Source: Bacteroidota bacterium (GTDB taxonomy: Bacteria > Bacteroidota > Bacteroidia > Chitinophagales > JADIYW01). From it: a DNA stretch of 64,000 nucleotides. Location of the stretch: assembly GCA_028288625.1 (NCBI GenBank), contig JAQBNI010000024.1:7098-71097 (forward strand), given 5' to 3'. The notes under the pieces are model-generated. The model had not been told where the DNA came from and made no database searches. It worked only from the letters and a program-made list of their open reading frames with translations. Shown piece by piece: positions 1 through 10,251 of the stretch (position 1 is the first letter of the stretch; every line of letters begins with the position of its first letter). A program made the translations under genes and the position numbers.

Positions 1-2
1 AA

Positions 3-629
3 AGATCCGACATCGTTACACTCCACGTTCCCGGCACACCGCAAACAAAAAACATGATCGGCGAAAAAGAATTTGCGATGATGAAAGATGGCGTAATTTT
101 TCAGAATTTATCACGCGGGACAATTGTAGATATCGATGCGCTAAAAAAAGCATACGACAGCGGAAAAGTTTCCGGCGCTGCAATAGATGTTTTTCCTGTT
201 GAACCGAAACAAAAAGGTCCGGGATTTGTAAGTTCGCTGCAGGGATTGGAAAATATTATCCTTACGCCGCATATCGGCGGAAGCACGCAGGAAGCCCAGG
301 AAAATATAGGCATAGAAGTTTCTGTGAAACTGACAGGATATATAGATACCGGCGCAACGCTGGGCTCGAAGACGGTTCCTGAACTGAGTCTGCCGCTGCA
401 GCAAAACACACGCCGTGTATTGCACATTCATCATAATGTTCCAGGCGTCTTAAGCGAGATCAACTCCATTTTATCTAAACACGAAGTGAATATCCTCGCG
501 CAATATTTAAAAACCAACGAAACCATCGGTTATGTGGTACTGGATGTTGACGCGAATGCCGCGGATATCGAAATGATGGAAGATCTGAAAAAAGTAAAGC
601 ATACGATTAAGGCTAGAATATTGTATTAG
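3..629 (+). CDS. serA: D-3-phosphoglycerate dehydrogenase, 5'-partial (C-terminal ACT domain)
   Basis: Frame is open from the window edge (SDIVTLHVP...). Motifs NLSRGTIVD, AAIDVFPVEP, LTPHIGGSTQEAQ and an ACT domain (HHNVPGVL...GYVVLDV). Confidence 0.93.
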   Translation, partial: RSDIVTLHVPGTPQTKNMIGEKEFAMMKDGVIFQNLSRGTIVDIDALKKAYDSGKVSGAAIDVFPVEPKQKGPGFVSSLQGLENIILTPHIGGSTQEAQENIGIEVSVKLTGYIDTGATLGSKTVPELSLPLQQNTRRVLHIHHNVPGVLSEINSILSKHEVNILAQYLKTNETIGYVVLDVDANAADIEMMEDLKKVKHTIKARILY

Positions 630-697
630 AGATGATTTGAGAATTGGGATTTGAGAATTAAAAAGTTTCCTTAGTTAAACAGTTAGCATAAATTTAC

Positions 698-1222
698 ATG
701 ACTAGACTACTTATCATATTAACAGTGTTAACTTTCGTATCGTGCGGCCAGACAAACAAAAAATCAGGAGACACAAACAGTTCTGTGGATACTAAAAACG
801 TAGACTTAAATATTAAACCATTTGAATTGATAGTTTACGATGCTGACTATTCTATGGCTTACACTCTTCAATACATATTAACAGACAAAGACCTTAAAAT
901 TATTTTTAAAGGAGACCTTCAAGGAGAAAAAGATTCTACTCTTTTCAAAACTACCTTACAGCCAAATGAGGCTTTAAACAAATTATCAAATATCAATATT
1001 GACAGTTTGAAAGAGAGTTATTCTAATCCTTGCATAATGGATGGTTCACAAGTGACAGTTAAACTAAATAAAGACCATAAAAGCAAAACAGTTCATTTAA
1101 GCAATTACTATCAAACTGACATTGGGCTGGCTATTGAATTAATTAATAGTTTGACACCGAAAGAATATAAAATATGGTACGACAAGGCTAAATTACTTGA
1201 AGACCAAGAAAATTGTAAATAG
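698..1222 (+). CDS. hypothetical lipoprotein, compositionally foreign
   Basis: 174-aa ORF with hydrophobic N-terminus and lipobox-like FVSC; AT-rich. Confidence 0.7.
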   Translation: MTRLLIILTVLTFVSCGQTNKKSGDTNSSVDTKNVDLNIKPFELIVYDADYSMAYTLQYILTDKDLKIIFKGDLQGEKDSTLFKTTLQPNEALNKLSNINIDSLKESYSNPCIMDGSQVTVKLNKDHKSKTVHLSNYYQTDIGLAIELINSLTPKEYKIWYDKAKLLEDQENCK

Positions 1223-1254
1223 ATCTAAATCAGAAATCAGTTAAGTCTTAAATT

Positions 1255-1272
1255 GGTTGGTCGGGCGACCAA
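1255..1272. repeat. short GC-rich hairpin between convergent genes (terminator or REP remnant)
   Basis: GTTGGTC-GGGC-GACCAAC inverted repeat. Confidence 0.45.
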
Positions 1273-1324
1273 CAACGGCAGCAGAATTATAAGGATCTCT
1301 TAATTCAACATTTAAAATTCAAAA

Positions 1325-2146
1325 TTACTTATGATAAACCATCAGCGGCACCTGTGTATGCAGCGCCATCATTTTTGTATTGCTGGAAGAAAATATTCTT
1401 TCCATCAAAGATTTTTTATGCGTGTACATCACGACGAGATCGATCTTGTGGTCCTGCAAATAACTATCAATTCCTTCTTTTAAATTATCCGCAACAACAA
1501 AAGTAATTTTCAATTTATCATATCCGAAAACTTTTTGCAGACGAGCCGCTAATTCCTGCGTCACCGGTTCATAATGCGAGGAAGTATTGATGTTTATAAT
1601 ATTCACATTATCGGCGCCGATCTTTTCTGCAAAATCAAAAACCTGTCTCAGCACATCTGTATCATCTTCGTGCAAACTATCCGCATAAACGATTTCATGA
1701 ATGCCATTAAACCTGTAATCTTTCGGTACCAGAATAATCGGCTTATCCGTTTTCTGCATCACGTTGGATGCGTTGCTGCCGATCAGCTTATCCAGCACGC
1801 CGTCGGAACCGGTAGTGCCCATCACGATGAGGTCTGCATTTATTTTTTTTGAAAGATCGACAATCTCATCCGTCACCATTCCCATTTCAACCGTAGTATT
1901 TACCTGCAAACCTTCCCTACTTAATTCATCTTTTAATTTTGCCATCCCCGTATTTGCAGCTTTACGGATCTCTTCCATGATATCGGCAGGCATAGCAACA
2001 TCGGGATAAGAATAATCCGCAATAGGAATAGAATAAAAATTAGCTAAATGAATTTTCGATCCGGTAGTTTTTGCAATATCCTTCGCAATCATTAACGCTT
2101 TATCCGCTGTTGCTGAAAAATCTGTCGGAACTAATATGGTTTGCAT
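1325..2146 (-). CDS. universal stress protein (tandem Usp domains)
   Basis: ILVPTDFS N-terminus, ADLIVMGTTG...IGSNASNVM, second domain ending DLVVM...PLMVYH. Confidence 0.92.
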   Translation of the reverse strand: MQTILVPTDFSATADKALMIAKDIAKTTGSKIHLANFYSIPIADYSYPDVAMPADIMEEIRKAANTGMAKLKDELSREGLQVNTTVEMGMVTDEIVDLSKKINADLIVMGTTGSDGVLDKLIGSNASNVMQKTDKPIILVPKDYRFNGIHEIVYADSLHEDDTDVLRQVFDFAEKIGADNVNIININTSSHYEPVTQELAARLQKVFGYDKLKITFVVADNLKEGIDSYLQDHKIDLVVMYTHKKSLMERIFSSSNTKMMALHTQVPLMVYHK

Positions 2147-2291
2147 AAATGTGGTTTATGGATGAAAGTTATCTATAATTTTCAATTTACATCAATTTAA
2201 TAATACAAATAATTGATGTTCAACCTCTACAACGCTTTCTTCTAAAAACAATTCTTAATCTTAACGAAATAACTACTATTTTGGTTTTAGC

Positions 2292-2299
2292 TATCTTTG
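2292..2299 (+). promoter_or_regulatory. Bacteroidota -7 promoter element upstream of adk
   Basis: TATCTTTG matches TAnnTTTG, about 22 nt before the ATG. Confidence 0.5.
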
Positions 2300-2321
2300 A
2301 GACTCACAATTTTAACTAAAA

Positions 2322-2903
2322 ATGATAAACCTGATTTTGTTTGGTCCTCCCGGAAGCGGTAAAGGCACACAAGCAGCAAAACTTGCCCAGGAATTTAATT
2401 TACTCCACATTTCTACCGGCGACTTATTTCGTTCAGAATTAAAGAACGAAACTCCGCTTGGCGTTGAAGCGAGAAAATATATGGACAAAGGCGAACTTGT
2501 TCCGGATGAAGTAACGATCGGAATGCTTTCCAACAAACTCGATGAGTATGCAGGAAAAGTAGATGGGTTTATTTTCGATGGTTTTCCGCGCACACAACCG
2601 CAGGCGGAAGCGCTGGATAAATTACTGGATCTGAAAAATACAGGCATCTCTCTCGTACTTGCATTGGAAGTTCCGGAAGATGAAATTGTAACACGCATTA
2701 TCGAGCGCAGCAAAACTTCTGAGAGAGCTGATGATAAAGACCCGGAAATTATCCGCAACCGTTTCCGCGTATATCTCAAAGAAACCGCGCAAGTGGCAGA
2801 TCATTATAAAAAATCAAACAAGGTGGTGTCGTTAAACGGCGTCGGAACTATAGACGAGATCTTTGGTGCATTAAGATCAGAAGTAAGCAAATTAAAAAAG
2901 TAG
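2322..2903 (+). CDS. adk: adenylate kinase (short-LID type)
   Basis: GPPGSGKGTQA, HISTGDLFR, GELVPDE, FDGFPRT and RADD motifs. Confidence 0.97.
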   Translation: MINLILFGPPGSGKGTQAAKLAQEFNLLHISTGDLFRSELKNETPLGVEARKYMDKGELVPDEVTIGMLSNKLDEYAGKVDGFIFDGFPRTQPQAEALDKLLDLKNTGISLVLALEVPEDEIVTRIIERSKTSERADDKDPEIIRNRFRVYLKETAQVADHYKKSNKVVSLNGVGTIDEIFGALRSEVSKLKK

Positions 2904-2919
2904 CAGCGCAAAGAAGGTT

Positions 2920-2955
2920 CATTGCGGTGAACTGTGAACTGTCAACAGTGAACTC
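2920..2955. repeat. heptamer (GTGAACT)n repeat remnant between adk and obgE
   Basis: cattgcggtgaactgtgaactgt (2920-2942) is identical over 23 nt to 34983-35005. Confidence 0.8.
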
Positions 2956-2957
2956 CC

Positions 2958-3950
2958 ATGGAAGTAAATAATTTCATTGATTACGTAAAAATATTTGTGC
3001 GTTCAGGTAACGGCGGCGGTGGCTCTGTGCATTTTCGCAGGGAGAAATATGTACCGATGGGCGGACCCGATGGCGGGGATGGAGGAAGAGGTGGTCATAT
3101 TATTTTAAAAGGCAACAAGCAACTGTGGACCTTGCTACACTTAAAATATAAAAAACACATTCATGCAGATAACGGCAATAGCGGCGAAGGCGGCTTGCGA
3201 AGCGGCAAAATGGGTGAGGATATAATTATTGAAGTTCCTTTAGGCACTATTGTGAAAGATGGAGAAACGGGAGAAAAAGAAATTGAAATCTTAGAAGACG
3301 GGCAGGAAGTGATCTGGATGAAGGGCGGCAGAGGCGGACAGGGAAATAACCATTTTAAAACAGCAACGAAACAAGCGCCGCGCTATGCGCAGTCGGGCGA
3401 AGCAGGACAGGAAGGCTGGAAAATTTTGGAATTAAAAGTGCTGGCGGATGTTGGATTGGTGGGCTTTCCGAATGCGGGGAAATCTACCTTGCTGTCGGTG
3501 GTGAGTGCAGCAAAACCTGAGATTGCAGACTATGCATTCACTACACTGGTGCCGAACTTAGGAGTGGTCGCATATCGCGATAACCGTTCATTTATCATGG
3601 CGGATATACCAGGCATTATTGAAGGAGCGCATGAAGGCAAAGGATTGGGCGTGCGTTTTCTTCGTCATATTGAACGCAACTCCTGTTTGCTGTTTTTAAT
3701 TCCCGCAGACAGTGAAGACATTAAAAAAGAATACAAGATCCTCGACAAAGAACTTAAATCATACAATAAAGAATTGGCACACAAGCCACGGATCATCGGC
3801 ATTTCAAAATCGGATTTACTGGATGATGAATTGAAAAAAATGCTGCAAAAGGAATTGCCGAAAAAAATTCCGAATATATTTTTCTCTTCTATTACCGGTG
3901 AAAATCTTCCTGTATTGAAAGACATGCTATGGAAGATGATGAATGAATAA
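2958..3950 (+). CDS. obgE: GTPase ObgE/CgtA
   Basis: [58 protein letters not shown]. Confidence 0.97.
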   Translation: MEVNNFIDYVKIFVRSGNGGGGSVHFRREKYVPMGGPDGGDGGRGGHIILKGNKQLWTLLHLKYKKHIHADNGNSGEGGLRSGKMGEDIIIEVPLGTIVKDGETGEKEIEILEDGQEVIWMKGGRGGQGNNHFKTATKQAPRYAQSGEAGQEGWKILELKVLADVGLVGFPNAGKSTLLSVVSAAKPEIADYAFTTLVPNLGVVAYRDNRSFIMADIPGIIEGAHEGKGLGVRFLRHIERNSCLLFLIPADSEDIKKEYKILDKELKSYNKELAHKPRIIGISKSDLLDDELKKMLQKELPKKIPNIFFSSITGENLPVLKDMLWKMMNE

Positions 3951-4028
3951 CGGTTGCGTATAGACACAGGCGCTAAAACACAACTATCCAATATACAATT
4001 TTTAGCACGAGAGTTTTATGCGCTGTTA

Positions 4029-4541
4029 TCAGTTGTTGCGTTTGTTCTTATTCTCAACACTCCTTATAAAATCACTTTTGGCATTGGCGTAGCTGTTTCC
4101 AGAATCCCACTCTTGTTTTGTAAGTTTTATTTTTAATTCTTGATATTGTTCTCGAACCTTTATATTCTCGAGAAGTTGATTCCGAAAAAAAAGATGTCTG
4201 ATCCAAAAGTCGGAATTGATTTCCGTCATATGAATATGATAAGTTCTTATTGAATTTATGTTTTTTATAAAAAAGCGTCTTTCTGGTATAATTTTATTAT
4301 ATTCTTCTATGTATTCGTAGTTTAATTTTTCTAAATAATTTACTACCGAGATTTCTGTTGATAGAGAAGGAACACCAAGTAATATATCGATGATTGGTTT
4401 TGCAATTAAACTCGGAATAGCTGTACTACCGATGTGTTCTATCAAAGATTCTTTTACTGGAAAATTCTTCAAAACCAATTGTTTTTCACTAAAAAACATT
4501 GATGCCCAGTTTGGATTATATTCTGAAAGTTTAATTGTCAT
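4029..4541 (-). CDS. GrpB/UPF0157 family nucleotidyltransferase-like protein
   Basis: YNPNW...F..EK, IEHIGSTAIP..IAKPIIDI, HIH, HLFFRNQL, Y..AKS.FI. Start placed at ATG 4541 rather than 4616. Confidence 0.88.
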   Translation of the reverse strand: MTIKLSEYNPNWASMFFSEKQLVLKNFPVKESLIEHIGSTAIPSLIAKPIIDILLGVPSLSTEISVVNYLEKLNYEYIEEYNKIIPERRFFIKNINSIRTYHIHMTEINSDFWIRHLFFRNQLLENIKVREQYQELKIKLTKQEWDSGNSYANAKSDFIRSVENKNKRNN

Positions 4542-4636
4542 ACAGCAATCACTGCTTACTATTGTTATATCGTTTCGTTTTTTTATCAGAAGGTTAATCT
4601 CGTTTTTTAAAGACACCTAAATGGCAACTCCTACTG

Positions 4637-4707
4637 ACCTCTTCCCTAGCCCCTCTCTTTAATAAGGAGAGGGGAAATAATCCCGCACGCGGATTATGGG
4701 GTGAGGT
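4637..4707. repeat. ~70-bp REP-like palindromic element, copy 1
   Basis: CCCCTCTC..GAGAGGGG hairpin plus ATAATCC..GGATTAT hairpin; an inverted near-copy lies at 42765-42834. Confidence 0.85.
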
Positions 4708-4717
4708 TAGAAAAAAT

Positions 4718-5515
4718 TTATTCTATTATCTCATCTTTTTTATTCTGTATCTCTACAGTGTCTTCCTTCTCAATAATTTTATCATCCCGCTCCTTATTTA
4801 AAATAATTTCTTCTTCTTTTTCCTGCGTAGAAATAATTTCTTCATCGCTTTTCAAAGCTTCTCCGTTTGTAATAATAAATTCAATTTTATTTTTTTGTCT
4901 TTCTTCTTTTGAAATATAATCTTCTCCATATTTTTCTTTCAGGATTTCTTCTTTAAACTCCTTCCTGTTTTCTCTCCTGTTTTCAACAAATTCTTTTTTC
5001 TTTTCTTTCCATTCTTCCTTCCTTTGTTTTCTCAAAAGCTTTTCTTCTTCCGTTTCATCTTTTATAATTTTTAATTTGCTTGGATGAATTTCAAAAAGAT
5101 CATTGACAGGAATTTCAAATGTCCACCACAATAATTTTATTTTTGCGGAGCCTACACTTTGCATGGAAATATTCTGCATCAGCAAAGTTGACAGAGCCTG
5201 GAAGAGAGAAGTGATAATGCTTATTTCAGAAGTCGTGGTTAAGATCCGGTCGCTGTTCCCTTTTATTTTTTGCGCGCTTTCAAAATTCATTCTGCCGACT
5301 TTCAAACCATCCCGGTTGAGCAGAGCGGTCTTGATCCAAACAATGGTGATCGGGAAGAAAAATGTATTCCTGATGCGGATGTCCGTTTCAGTGATCACTG
5401 ATGTGAGCCGCAGTTCCTTTGTGCGTACTTCAACAATGTCAACCATATTTCCTGAAGCTGCCTTGCTGAAAACAATTGTCTTTATTTTTTCTTTTATCTT
5501 TTGGATGATGCCCAT
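4718..5515 (-). CDS. hypothetical protein, LEA_2/WHy-like domain with a highly charged K/E/R-rich tail
   Basis: Beta-rich region around IRIRNTFFFPI resembles LEA type 2; long K/E-rich C-terminus. Confidence 0.55.
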   Translation of the reverse strand: MGIIQKIKEKIKTIVFSKAASGNMVDIVEVRTKELRLTSVITETDIRIRNTFFFPITIVWIKTALLNRDGLKVGRMNFESAQKIKGNSDRILTTTSEISIITSLFQALSTLLMQNISMQSVGSAKIKLLWWTFEIPVNDLFEIHPSKLKIIKDETEEEKLLRKQRKEEWKEKKKEFVENRRENRKEFKEEILKEKYGEDYISKEERQKNKIEFIITNGEALKSDEEIISTQEKEEEIILNKERDDKIIEKEDTVEIQNKKDEIIE

Positions 5516-5605
5516 ATTTTCACTTGCTTAAAGTATTGTTAAATTATATAAATACATTCATAGTTGTTCTCCGCGTTAATAAATTTAATTGTAAATTGAA
5601 GTATC

Positions 5606-6868
5606 ATGAGTGGAAATCTTACAATTGTTATCGCAACCCCCGTTTTTTTAGTAATGGTCTTGCTTGAATATTTTGCCATGCGCAAAAAGAATAAGGATTA
5701 TTATCACCTGAACGATGCGATCACGAATTTAAATATCGGCGTTGGACATGTCGTATCAAAAGTAGTTGTCGGTGTTTTTCTCGTGTGGATGTATCACCTC
5801 GTTTACGAACACGCACGCTTGTTTACAATTCCTTCAGGTGTTCTTTCTTTTATTTTTTGCCTTGTCGCTTATGATTTCTTTTTTTACTGGGCGCATCGCT
5901 TGGGGCATAGAATGAATATTTTCTGGGGCGCTCATGGTGTACATCATCAAAGTGAGTATTATAATCTTGCAGTTGCACTTCGTCAATCGTGGGTGCACGC
6001 GGCGCTGGCATTTGTAATTTTTCTGCCGATACCGTTTCTCGGTGTTGACCCAGTTACATTCTTCAGCATTCTCAGTATAAATTCCTTTTATCAATTCTGG
6101 ATCCACACAGATGTAATTAATCGTATGCCGAAATGGTTCGAAGCAATTTTCAATTCTCCTACACACCACCGCGTGCATCATGGACGTGATGAAAAATATA
6201 TCGACAAGAATCACGCAGGCATGTTTATCGTTTTTGATAAATGGTTCGGTACTTTCCAGGAAGAAGAAGAGACACCGAATTACGGCGTTACAAAACCGAT
6301 CAACAGCTGGAACCCGGTTTGGGCAAATGTAGAATACTATGTGAATATGGTGCAGACTGGAAAAAAATTCAGCAGCTGGAAGGACAAATTAAAATATATC
6401 GTAGCGAAACCAGGGTGGCAGCCTGATGAATTAGGTGGAGAAATCCCGATCCCGAAAGTAGAACAGGAATATAAAAGATTTAATTCTGCTCCAACAAACA
6501 CAGGATTGAGTATTTATGTGCTCGTACAATTTGCGTTTATAGTGATCGGCTTGGTTTCTTATTTATATCACTATGATAAATTACCTGTGTTTTATAAGGT
6601 ATTAGGTTTCTGGCTGGTGATGCTGTCGACCGTTATCTGCGGCGCGATCATGGAACAAAAAAAATGGGTGAAATATGCAGAGTACGGAAGGTTACTTCTT
6701 ATTTTATTTGGACTGAATACTTTGTATTACCTCAATTTCAATAGCTGGTTTTATGTAATGCTAATACCATCCGTCATATTAGGCGCTTACTTCTTAACAT
6801 GGTTCACGCTGAACATCAATAACAAGTTCGTGTTTAAGAACATGGCGGTAAACCGGATAGAAAAATAA
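5606..6868 (+). CDS. sterol desaturase/fatty acid hydroxylase family membrane protein (alkylglycerol monooxygenase-like)
   Basis: His boxes HRLGH, HGVHHQSE and HHRVHHG; YQFWIHT, DKNHAG..FDKWFGTF; multi-TM C-terminal extension. Confidence 0.9.
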   Translation: MSGNLTIVIATPVFLVMVLLEYFAMRKKNKDYYHLNDAITNLNIGVGHVVSKVVVGVFLVWMYHLVYEHARLFTIPSGVLSFIFCLVAYDFFFYWAHRLGHRMNIFWGAHGVHHQSEYYNLAVALRQSWVHAALAFVIFLPIPFLGVDPVTFFSILSINSFYQFWIHTDVINRMPKWFEAIFNSPTHHRVHHGRDEKYIDKNHAGMFIVFDKWFGTFQEEEETPNYGVTKPINSWNPVWANVEYYVNMVQTGKKFSSWKDKLKYIVAKPGWQPDELGGEIPIPKVEQEYKRFNSAPTNTGLSIYVLVQFAFIVIGLVSYLYHYDKLPVFYKVLGFWLVMLSTVICGAIMEQKKWVKYAEYGRLLLILFGLNTLYYLNFNSWFYVMLIPSVILGAYFLTWFTLNINNKFVFKNMAVNRIEK

Positions 6869-6959
6869 TTCCTTTCTAAATTATTATCATAAAAATTTTT
6901 ATACGATCTGTTAATTGCATGACCGCAGCAAATTATTTATATTTATGTAAATCTTCAGA

Positions 6960-8624
6960 ATGAAAAAGATCTTTACAAATTTTCTCTTCCTGTTGCTATT
7001 TATTTTTGAATCAGATGGATTTGCACAGCAAGTCATCCGCGGACCGTATCTCCAGGAACCTACACCGACCAGCATGATCGTTAAATGGAGAACAGATTCT
7101 ATTACGGACGGCAAAGTCTATTACGGGACTGATATCAATAATTTATCTCTTTCCGTTACAGAAAATAAAGACACCATCAACCATACCGTAAAAGTTTCAG
7201 GATTATCTCCGTTTACAAAATATTTTTATGCTGTGGGTTCATCCACTGCAATCGTTGCAGGCGCGGAAGAAATGCAATTTTTTGTTACCTCTCCTCTTCC
7301 CGATGCTATACAGCCGATTCGCCTTTGGGCTATCGGTGATTTTGGGAAAGGCTCTCCTGCGCAAAAAATAGTGCGGGATGCATACGTAAATTATACCGGC
7401 TCAACACATACGGATCTATGGCTGTGGTTAGGAGATAATGTTTATTCGGAGGGCACGGATCTGCAATTTCAGCAAAAAGTATTCGACAGCATAACAGGTT
7501 ATCACAAGCTCTTTAAATATATCCCGTTTATGCCGTGCCCGGGCAACCACGATTATGAAAGTGTTTGTCCTATCGTATGTAATTTTGATCCCAAATTTCA
7601 CAAAGGTCCTTATTACGATATAGTGGATGTTCCAACAGAAGGAGAAGCCGGCGGCGTACCTTCGCATACTGAATTATATTATTCATTTGATTATGGCAAT
7701 ATTCATTTTATCTCGCTCAATTCGGAATTAGGTTCTTTCTTCGGTCCGTATGATTACAACGGCGTATTTACGAACGGGAATGTGAATTCACCTGTAACCG
7801 AATGGTTAAAGGCAGATCTTGCAGCAACAACCAAAACATGGAAGATCGCATTCTGGCATCAGCTTCCATACAGCGGACAGGATCTGAATTCAGATGATTT
7901 CTGGGAAGTGTACATGCATGCCATGCGCGATCATTTCAATCCAATACTGGAGCAATACGGCGTTGATCTTGTTTTGTGCGGACATGATCATTGCTACCAG
8001 CGATCATATTTGATTAATGGACTTTATGGAAATTCCAGCACATTCGACAGCGCAAGAAATATTATTAACGGCACAAGTGGCAACGACGCGCTTGGCGAAG
8101 CTTATATAAAATACACAAGCGGTCCGAAAGCCGGTGTTGGGGCTGTATATGTTTGTTCAGGTAATGCAGGTGCAGGAAATCCTGATAAACCCGTGGTGCA
8201 TCCTGAATTATATGGCGGAGAAGGATGTGATACGTGTATCGGGTCTTTTGTAGTAGATATTAACAGCAACAGGCTCGATGCAAAATATTTGAAAGGCAAC
8301 GGTACGATCGCGGATCAGTTTACGATCCTGAAAGAAATACCGACAAGCGTAAAAAATAAAAATTATTTGCAGGATAAATTAAAAGCCTATCCCAATCCTT
8401 TTTCAAAAATAACACAGGTTGATTTTTACGCGAACGCTTCAGAAACTTATTTAGTAGAGATCAAAGATATCACCGGAAAAATGGTTTGGGCGAATCAGGT
8501 AAAGCCTACTTCAAATGGTATTCAATCTATTCCAATAAATTTATCTGCGGCTGCAAACGGAACATATATAGTAAGTGTTACAGGTAAGGATGCCTCTGCA
8601 CAAACCTCGATCATAAAGTTTTAG
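6960..8624 (+). CDS. secreted purple-acid-phosphatase-like metallophosphoesterase with T9SS type A C-terminal domain
   Basis: Signal peptide, RGPYLQ FN3-like N-domain, GDFG/GDNVY/GNHD/GHDH motifs, CTD with YPNPF...GTYIV...IIKF. Confidence 0.9.
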   Translation: MKKIFTNFLFLLLFIFESDGFAQQVIRGPYLQEPTPTSMIVKWRTDSITDGKVYYGTDINNLSLSVTENKDTINHTVKVSGLSPFTKYFYAVGSSTAIVAGAEEMQFFVTSPLPDAIQPIRLWAIGDFGKGSPAQKIVRDAYVNYTGSTHTDLWLWLGDNVYSEGTDLQFQQKVFDSITGYHKLFKYIPFMPCPGNHDYESVCPIVCNFDPKFHKGPYYDIVDVPTEGEAGGVPSHTELYYSFDYGNIHFISLNSELGSFFGPYDYNGVFTNGNVNSPVTEWLKADLAATTKTWKIAFWHQLPYSGQDLNSDDFWEVYMHAMRDHFNPILEQYGVDLVLCGHDHCYQRSYLINGLYGNSSTFDSARNIINGTSGNDALGEAYIKYTSGPKAGVGAVYVCSGNAGAGNPDKPVVHPELYGGEGCDTCIGSFVVDINSNRLDAKYLKGNGTIADQFTILKEIPTSVKNKNYLQDKLKAYPNPFSKITQVDFYANASETYLVEIKDITGKMVWANQVKPTSNGIQSIPINLSAAANGTYIVSVTGKDASAQTSIIKF

Positions 8625-8645
8625 AAAACAATCTAAGCAGATAAA

Positions 8646-9050
8646 TCAGTGGTCCTCTTTCTGGCATAATTCCACCAAAACACCATTCGTACTTTTCGGA
8701 TGAAAAAAACAAACTAATTTATTTAACGCTCCAACATATGGTGTTTCAGTCAATGGCTGAAAGCCTTCATTTTTTAAGCGTTCCATTTCTGCATGAATAT
8801 CCTCCACTTCAAACGCAACATGATGTATGCCTTCACCTTTTAATAATAAAAATTTGTGAATGGCGCTTTCTTCAGATTGCGGCTCCAGCAATTCTACCTT
8901 TGTATCTCCAAGTTCAAAAAAAGAAACATTCAGATGCTGGCTGTCGAGAGATTCGCGATGAAACGGATCTTTATTAAACAGCTTTGAAAATAAATTATCC
9001 GACTGTTCTAAATTTTTTACTGCAACGCCAATGTGATCGATCTTTTTCAT
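8646..9050 (-). CDS. mce: methylmalonyl-CoA epimerase
   Basis: IDHIGVAV, KVELLEP, GEGIHHVAFEV, FFHPKSTNGVLVELCQ. Confidence 0.93.
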   Translation of the reverse strand: MKKIDHIGVAVKNLEQSDNLFSKLFNKDPFHRESLDSQHLNVSFFELGDTKVELLEPQSEESAIHKFLLLKGEGIHHVAFEVEDIHAEMERLKNEGFQPLTETPYVGALNKLVCFFHPKSTNGVLVELCQKEDH

Positions 9051-9117
9051 GTACCTGATTTGTACAAAAATAAACTAATTTTGTTTGCAAGTGAATATTC
9101 CAACCACATATTGATCA

Positions 9118-10251
9118 ATGGCTGCAGACTATATATACCTGGATTATAACGCCACGACGCCGGTTGATGAGAAAGTATTACAGGAAATGCTTCCCTATTT
9201 TTCTGTGAAGTTCGGGAATGCAGCCAGCTCTACACATTTGTACGGCGCTGCAGCTAAAACTGCTGTGGAGGCAGCAAGAGCAGAAATTGCGAAAACCGTC
9301 AAAAGCGAGGAACAGGAAATTATATTTACATCCGGCGCTACAGAAGCGATCAATCTCGCCATAAAAGGAATTTACGATCTTTATCACTCTAAAGGAAACC
9401 ATATTGTTACAGTTTCAACTGAACACAAAGCCGTCCTGGACACGTGTAAATTTCTCGAAAAAAAAGGCGCGCAAGTAACTTACCTTGCTGTTGATGAAAA
9501 TGGAAAGATAGATCTCTCTGAACTTGAGCATGCAATCTCAGATAAAACAATTTTAGTGAGCGTGATATATGCAAACAACGAAACAGGAGTCATCCAGGAC
9601 ATCAAAGAGATCGCAAAAATAGTACATGCAAAAAATAGCATTTTCTTTTGCGATGCAACACAAGCGATAGGAAAAATTCATGTGGATGTAAATACAGATA
9701 GAATAGATGTGATGTGTATGTCGGCGCATAAACTATATGGTCCAAAGGGCGTTGGTGCATTATATATCAGGCGGAAAGACCCGCGCGTTAGCCTGCAGCC
9801 GCTGATACACGGTGGTGGGCACGAGCGCGGCTTAAGAAGCGGAACCCTCAACGTTCCGGGCATTGTTGGCTTCGGTAAAGCTTGTGAGATCATTAGCTTC
9901 AATAACGATGTACAAAATCTGAGAGATCATTTCGAAAACGCATTGAATGAAAAATTTTCCGGTGCCATTCACATCAATGGAAAAAATGCAATTCGATTAC
10001 CGAATACTTCCAATATTACTTTTCCTTTTAAAGCAGTCGACTTCATTCGGCATACGAAAAACCAATTAGCCGTGGCAACCGGTTCAGCATGCACTTCAGC
10101 AGAAAATTCTCCATCGCATGTTTTAACAGCCATGGGTTTAAGTAAGGAAGAAGCAGAACGCTCTGTTCGTTTTAGTTTTGGAAAATATTCCACGCAGGAA
10201 GAAGTAGAGCGGGTTATACAAATGATCGCTTCACTAATGGAAAAACCTTAA
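9118..10251 (+). CDS. iscS: cysteine desulfurase (IscS/NifS group I)
   Basis: YLDYNATTP, FTSGATE, ANNETG, PLP lysine motif SAHKLYGPKG, RSGTLNV, catalytic GSACTS. Confidence 0.9.
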   Translation: MAADYIYLDYNATTPVDEKVLQEMLPYFSVKFGNAASSTHLYGAAAKTAVEAARAEIAKTVKSEEQEIIFTSGATEAINLAIKGIYDLYHSKGNHIVTVSTEHKAVLDTCKFLEKKGAQVTYLAVDENGKIDLSELEHAISDKTILVSVIYANNETGVIQDIKEIAKIVHAKNSIFFCDATQAIGKIHVDVNTDRIDVMCMSAHKLYGPKGVGALYIRRKDPRVSLQPLIHGGGHERGLRSGTLNVPGIVGFGKACEIISFNNDVQNLRDHFENALNEKFSGAIHINGKNAIRLPNTSNITFPFKAVDFIRHTKNQLAVATGSACTSAENSPSHVLTAMGLSKEEAERSVRFSFGKYSTQEEVERVIQMIASLMEKP

